Below, piece by piece: positions 58,878 through 64,000 of a stretch of DNA of 64,000 bases. Each line of letters opens with the position of its first letter. The first letter of the stretch is position 1. The stretch is from Candidatus Latescibacterota bacterium (lineage in GTDB: Bacteria; Latescibacterota; UBA2968; GCA-2709665), in assembly GCA_965248435.1 (NCBI GenBank), contig OZ252100.1, positions 2,496,001-2,560,000 of the forward strand, in the 5' to 3' direction. Made by a program: the position numbers and the translations under genes. Below the pieces are notes generated by a model. It did not search any database and was not told the origin of the DNA. It saw only the letters and a program-made list of their open reading frames with translations.

Positions 58878-60206
58878 ATGGCAAAGATCGTATTCATTGG
58901 AGCGGGAAGTCACGTATTCACGCGCAATCTGGTCAGGGACATCCTCACCTTCCCCCTGCTGGAAAATGCGGAAATCGCCCTCGTCGACACCAGCAAAGAG
59001 CGCCTCGATTTTTCCCGCAGGGTCTGTGAGAAGATTCTACGGATGGGCGGATACCCGGCCACCGTCACCGCCACGACGGAGCGCCGGGAGGTCCTGGAGG
59101 GGGCCGATGCCGTAGTCGTAACCATCCTTTGCGGCTCTTCGAGGGTGTGGCAGCACGACATCTTGATTCCTGAGAAATACGGAATCGACATCAACGTAGG
59201 TGACACGAGGAGCCCCAGCGGCGTCTTCAGGGCATTGCGCACCATCCCGACGATGCTGGAGATCTGCCGGGACATGGAGCGGCTTTGTCCCGACGCCCTC
59301 ATGCTCAACTACACCAACCCGATGGCGATGCTGTGCCACGCGATGCACCTCCAGAGTTCGATCAGAGTGACGGGGCTGTGTCACAGCGTGCAGGGAACAG
59401 CCAGAATGCTCGCGGGGTGGCTCGGTGTGCCGAACGACGAGCTCGATTACGTCTGCGCCGGCATCAATCATATGGCGTGGTACTTGAAGCTGGAACACAA
59501 AGGACGTGACCTGTATCCCGGGCTGCATCGCATCGTCTCCAGGAACAAGAAGGTCTACAACGAAGAACAGGTGCGAAACGAGATGTTCCTGGCCCTGGGA
59601 TTCTACGTCACCGAATCCTCGGGACACAATTCGGAATACAACTGGTGGTTTCGAAAACGTCCGGACCTCATCCAGAAGTACTGCACTAACGGGACGAACT
59701 GGAACCCCGGCCATCACGCTTACATCCTGAATAGGTATCGAACACGTGAGAAATCGTGGAAGAATGAAATTCGTGAATGGCTTGGGAGCGACGAGCCGAT
59801 TCCCCTTGAACGGGGTGATGAATACGCAGCATCGATCATCAACGCCTTCGCAGGGGGTGAGCCCTTCGAATTCAACGGCAACGTGTCGAATGATGGGGTC
59901 GTTTCGAATCTCCCGGAAGGCGCTTGTGTCGAAGTGCCTGTTTTGGCGTCCAGGAAGGGCCTTTCTCAGATCCACGTGGGACGCCTTCCCGACGCCTGCG
60001 CGCCGCTCACGAGTCTGAGCGCCCAAGTCGAGATGATGGCCGTCCAGGGCTGCCTCGCAGGGGATGCCCGGCTCGTCTATCAGGCCGTCGCACACGATCC
60101 GCTGACCGCGACGAAGCTTTCCCTCGCCGAGATCAAGAAGATGGTCAAAGAAATGTTTCGGAAGAACATGCGGTATCTTCCTCACTTCAAGCTGATCGAT
60201 CTTTGA
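58878..60206 (+). CDS. melA: Alpha-galactosidase (GH4)
   Basis: [45 protein letters not shown]. Confidence 0.9.
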   Translation: MAKIVFIGAGSHVFTRNLVRDILTFPLLENAEIALVDTSKERLDFSRRVCEKILRMGGYPATVTATTERREVLEGADAVVVTILCGSSRVWQHDILIPEKYGIDINVGDTRSPSGVFRALRTIPTMLEICRDMERLCPDALMLNYTNPMAMLCHAMHLQSSIRVTGLCHSVQGTARMLAGWLGVPNDELDYVCAGINHMAWYLKLEHKGRDLYPGLHRIVSRNKKVYNEEQVRNEMFLALGFYVTESSGHNSEYNWWFRKRPDLIQKYCTNGTNWNPGHHAYILNRYRTREKSWKNEIREWLGSDEPIPLERGDEYAASIINAFAGGEPFEFNGNVSNDGVVSNLPEGACVEVPVLASRKGLSQIHVGRLPDACAPLTSLSAQVEMMAVQGCLAGDARLVYQAVAHDPLTATKLSLAEIKKMVKEMFRKNMRYLPHFKLIDL

Positions 60207-60220
60207 GGGTGTAAAACGAT

Positions 60221-62066
60221 ATGTCGACTGACTATGACAAGATCTATACACGCTCGATGGAGGACCCTGAAGGCTTCTGGGCCGACGCCGCCGAGGATCT
60301 CCACTGGTACAAGAAATGGGACCGTGTTCTCGATGATTCACAACAGCCCTTCTACCAGTGGTACAAGGGTGGCCTGATCAACACCTGTTACAACACCCTC
60401 GATCTCCACGTAGAAAACGGCCGGGCTGAACAGCTGGCCCTCATCTACGACAGCCCCGTCACAGACACGATCAAAACGTTCACCTATCGGGAGCTGCTGG
60501 ATCAGGTCGCCCGATTCGCCGGCGTGCTGGCCTCCCAGGGCGTAGAGAAAGGTGACCGCGTCATCATCTACATGCCGATGGTCCCCGAAACCGCCATCGC
60601 GATGCTCGCCTGCGCGCGGATCGGTGCCGTCCACTCGGTGGTGTTCGGGGGTTTCGCGGCCAACGAGCTGGCCACCCGCATCGACGATGCAAGTCCGAAA
60701 CTGATCCTTTCCGCCTCCTGCGGCATCGAAGCCAACCGCGTGATCCATTACAAGCCGCTGCTCGATGAAGCGATCGAACGAGCGTCTACCAAGCCACAGC
60801 GCACCATCATCCTTCAGCGCCCACAGGCCGAGGCGTCGATGGTTCCCAGGCGGGATCTGGACTGGACTGAACAGATTTCTCAAGCCGAGCCGGTCGGCTG
60901 CGTCGCGGTCGCGGCAACAGACCCCCTCTACATCCTCTATACGTCAGGGACGACCGGTGTCCCGAAGGGTGTCGTTCGCGACAACGGGGGTCACCTCGTC
61001 GCCCTCAAATGGAGCATGAAGAATATCTACGGGGTCGATGCCGGGGAGACCTATTGGGCTGCCTCGGACATGGGATGGGCCGTAGGCCATTCCTACATCG
61101 TCTATGGTCCGCTGTCCAAGGGATGTACGACGATACTCTATGAGGGCAAACCGGTCGGCACGCCGGACGCTGGCGCGTTCTGGCGCGTCATCTCCCAGCA
61201 CGGTGCATCCGTCCTGTTCACCGCGCCTACGGTTTTCCGTGCCGTGAAGCGGGAGGATCCAAACGGCGACCACATTCGAAAATATGACCTCAGCAATCTG
61301 CGCACCCTCTTCCTGGCTGGCGAGCGATGTGATCCAGACACGTTACTATGGGCACAGGAAAAGCTCGACGTCCCGGTGATCGACCACTGGTGGCAGACGG
61401 AGACCGGCTGGCCTGTCGGTGCGAACTGCGTCGGTCTGGGGATGTTCCCGGTCAAGCCGGGCTCCTGTACAAAGAGCGTACCCGGCTACGACGTTCGCGT
61501 GTTGGACGACGCCGCCAAGGAAGTGCCGGCCGATCAGATCGGGAGCATCGTCATCAAACTGCCCATGCCTCCGGGATGCCTGCCGACACTCTGGAACAAC
61601 GACGCCGGCTACAGGGAAACCTATCTCACCGAATTTGAAGGCTACTACACGACAGCGGACGCCGGGTTCAAGGACGCGGACGACTACCTCTGGATCATGA
61701 GCCGGACGGTTGTCTGCCCACCCAGATGTGGCCGAGTGCGCGGTTCTGGGCGTCGAAGACGAAATCAAGGGCGAGGTCCCGGTTGGAACGATCGTCCTCA
61801 AGGCGGGCGTGGAACGCCCCCATACTGAAATCGTTCAGGAGGTGATTCACATGGTCCGGGAGAAGATCGGCCCCGTTGCATCGTTCAAAGTAGCGACCGT
61901 CGTCAAGCGCCTCCCGAAGACCCGGTCAGGCAAAGTACTCCGAGGGACCATGAAAAAGATCGCCGACGGCGCGGAGTATCGCGTGCCGGCCACGATCGAC
62001 GACCCTGCGATCCTGGACGAGATTACAGAGTCATTTGTCGAACTCGGGTATCCACGCAATCAGTGA
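60221..62066 (+). pseudogene. prpE: Propionyl-CoA synthetase / acyl-CoA synthetase with deletion and frameshift at ~61709
   Basis: YTSGTTG.PKG, DHWWQTETG, TADAG in frame 1; AHPDVAECAV, LPKTRSGK in second frame; hinge segment absent. Confidence 0.8.
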
Positions 62067-62211
62067 ATTCAAGACGCCCCCATATCCGGTAGGAGCCGTC
62101 CCCTCGACTCGCTGGCGCTCGCTCGGGACAGGCTCCAGACGGCGAACAATTCGATCACGATTTTGTCTCCATCAACAGAAAACCGTCTCCAGACAGCGAA
62201 CAATCACCAAG

Positions 62212-62955
62212 ATGCCCACCGTCCAGTACACCGCGCAGAACGAAATCAAGGTCATTCCTGACCTGGAATATCAGGGTGAAAAAACGGTTCAGAACCTGGA
62301 CCTCTATCTCCCGCTCGCTCCAAAACCCGAGAGAAAATTCCCTGCCGTCATCGTGATGCACGGCAGTGGCTTTACGGGCGGCCATAGGGCGGGGCCTCGG
62401 GTACAGCAGATCGCCCGGACGCTCTCTGAGTCAGGTTATGTCAGCATCAGTACCAATCGTACGGTGGCCTCGTCGGACGAGGAGGTGGAAGAAACGATCC
62501 CCACGATCATCCGCGACTGCAAGCGGGCGGTATTGTGGCTGCGCAGCGAGGGACTGAAGCACGGCGTCAATCCCGAGAAGATCGGCGCGATCGGCGCATC
62601 CGCCGGCGGGTGGCTCGCCCTCTGCCTGGGGCTGACGGCGGGTGACAGGGAGTACGACCCCGAAGGTGAAGGAAGGACCGATGTCCAGGCGGTGGTTAAC
62701 ATGTACAGTCCAACAGAGCCGTGGACCCCTCTGATTTCTCCCGACACACCACCCATCCTGACCCTTCACGGCAGCGAAGACGATATTGTTTCTCCACGGC
62801 ATGCATACGCACTCGACAAAGTTGCGACGAGCGTCGGCGCAAATCACCAGCTCATCGTGGTGGATGGAGCCGGCCATAGCCTTAGGTTGTTCTCGGAAAA
62901 GTGGGACTATCGTCCCCAGGTGATTCAGTTCTTCGACACGTACCTGAGAGCGTAA
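62212..62955 (+). CDS. Alpha/beta hydrolase (esterase)
   Basis: LDLYLP, HGSGF, GASAGG, HG..D..V, GAGH. Confidence 0.88.
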   Translation: MPTVQYTAQNEIKVIPDLEYQGEKTVQNLDLYLPLAPKPERKFPAVIVMHGSGFTGGHRAGPRVQQIARTLSESGYVSISTNRTVASSDEEVEETIPTIIRDCKRAVLWLRSEGLKHGVNPEKIGAIGASAGGWLALCLGLTAGDREYDPEGEGRTDVQAVVNMYSPTEPWTPLISPDTPPILTLHGSEDDIVSPRHAYALDKVATSVGANHQLIVVDGAGHSLRLFSEKWDYRPQVIQFFDTYLRA

Positions 62956-63004
62956 GTCTGATGACATTCGGGCGCAAAGGCGAACACATACAAAGGAGCG
63001 AGAC

Positions 63005-63952
63005 TTGGCTCGCACACCACAGAAACTGAAAGATGAAATCGTCGGGGTCGTCGCCGGACTCCCCACCCTGTTTAACCCGGATTATTCGATCAACCACGAA
63101 GGGATGCGGACGCACGTGGACTTCCTCGTGGAGAACGATATCGACGTACTGATGTTGAGTCGTGAGATCTCCGAGTTTCACTACCTGACTTACGAGGAGA
63201 TCAAGGCCGCCACCAAAAACGTCGCGGAGGCCGTTGGAGGCCGCGTCCCTTTTGTCGCGAGCGTCTTCGAGTGGTGGACCGGGCAGGCCGTCGAGTTTGT
63301 GAAGTATGCTCAGGACGTGGGCGCCGATGGCTGTCTCGTCATGCCGCCCTATCTCTACAGACCCTACGACCCTGCCGTACACGACGACACGTTCTACAAG
63401 CACTTTGAGACGGTCGCGGAAGCCACCGACATCGGACTGCTGATCCACGAACGGAACGTGCTGTCGCGCCTCGGTCCAGGTAAGCCCCTGTCAACCTCAC
63501 TCGTCGACCGCCTGGCGAGCATCGACAGCGTCGTAGGGATGAAGATGGAGGGCGGAGACCTGCTCTACGCGCAACAGGTCGTGAGGAAGACGAAAGACCG
63601 GCTGGCCATCATCGGCGACTGGGGGGACGAGGCCTGGTTCTTCACACACGAATACGGCGTGCCCTCCTGTATCACGGGCATCGGTCAGTTCGCGCCCAGG
63701 GCATCGGTCGAGTTCTGGAATGCCTTGAGAGATGGACGCCTGGAAGAGGCACGAAAGATGGTTAACGACGTTCTGACGCCATACTACTTACCGGTAGCCG
63801 AGATGGACTGGGTAGCCGCGATAAAGGTCTCCATGGAATTCGTCGGACTGCCGCCCAGTCCCATGCGTGCCCCCAACGCACAGCTGACGGAGGCTGAGAG
63901 GGAAAGCCTCAGACAGGCCATGCTCGAAACTGGCCTCTTGTCCAATCAGTAA
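63005..63952 (+). CDS. Dihydrodipicolinate synthase (DapA)-family aldolase/dehydratase
   Basis: PT.F..D.SIN, EF..LT.EE, GRVP, GADG...PPY, VGMK, K......G....MR.P. Confidence 0.8.
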   Translation: MARTPQKLKDEIVGVVAGLPTLFNPDYSINHEGMRTHVDFLVENDIDVLMLSREISEFHYLTYEEIKAATKNVAEAVGGRVPFVASVFEWWTGQAVEFVKYAQDVGADGCLVMPPYLYRPYDPAVHDDTFYKHFETVAEATDIGLLIHERNVLSRLGPGKPLSTSLVDRLASIDSVVGMKMEGGDLLYAQQVVRKTKDRLAIIGDWGDEAWFFTHEYGVPSCITGIGQFAPRASVEFWNALRDGRLEEARKMVNDVLTPYYLPVAEMDWVAAIKVSMEFVGLPPSPMRAPNAQLTEAERESLRQAMLETGLLSNQ

Positions 63953-64000
63953 TAAGGTCTCTGTCCGTCTGAAATTGTTCAGCAGTCATTATTTGTGAGT

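Noticed and set aside
59037-60341. Long antisense or alternate-frame ORFs (also 8070-9134, 10949-11932, 18635-19510, 28154-29224)
   Set aside because: They shadow well-supported genes in GC-rich DNA and show no recognisable motifs.
62088-62204. Mobile element with target-site duplication (ctccagac.gcgaacaat twice)
   Set aside because: An 18-bp near-repeat beside a REP-like hairpin with no transposase or terminal inverted repeats; treated as another small repeat.

Overview
GC-rich bacterial chromosomal window with about 60 genes; I recognised no rRNA, tRNA, CRISPR array, transposase or integrase. Most of it is housekeeping and catabolic genes (fbp, truC-like, FKBP, pyrH-purD-purE, prpBCD, pdxJ, mmsA, two sulfatases, GH29, GH4, TRAP transporter, ggt), a mix reminiscent of uncultured heterotrophs such as Latescibacterota (inference only). 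Four things stand out. (1) Flagellar-motor parts occur without any flagellar operon: a soluble protein fusing the FliG C-terminal torque domain to the cytoplasmic segments of MotA (17186-17884), and two near-identical full-length fliG genes (49898-52405) among single-domain receivers, stand-alone cNMP-binding proteins, IHF and a sigma54-driven 38-aa membrane peptide missing from the ORF track. (2) A MoxR-AAA / GXGXG beta-helix / VWA three-gene operon (9523-13226). (3) Several families of small intergenic repeats (GGTACC-core element, inverted heptamer arrays, GTAG-type REPs, CCCTCTCCC hairpins). (4) Three lesioned genes (ndh with two frameshifts, an internally deleted aminotransferase, prpE with a hinge deletion). 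All calls come from reading motifs by eye; no database searches were run.
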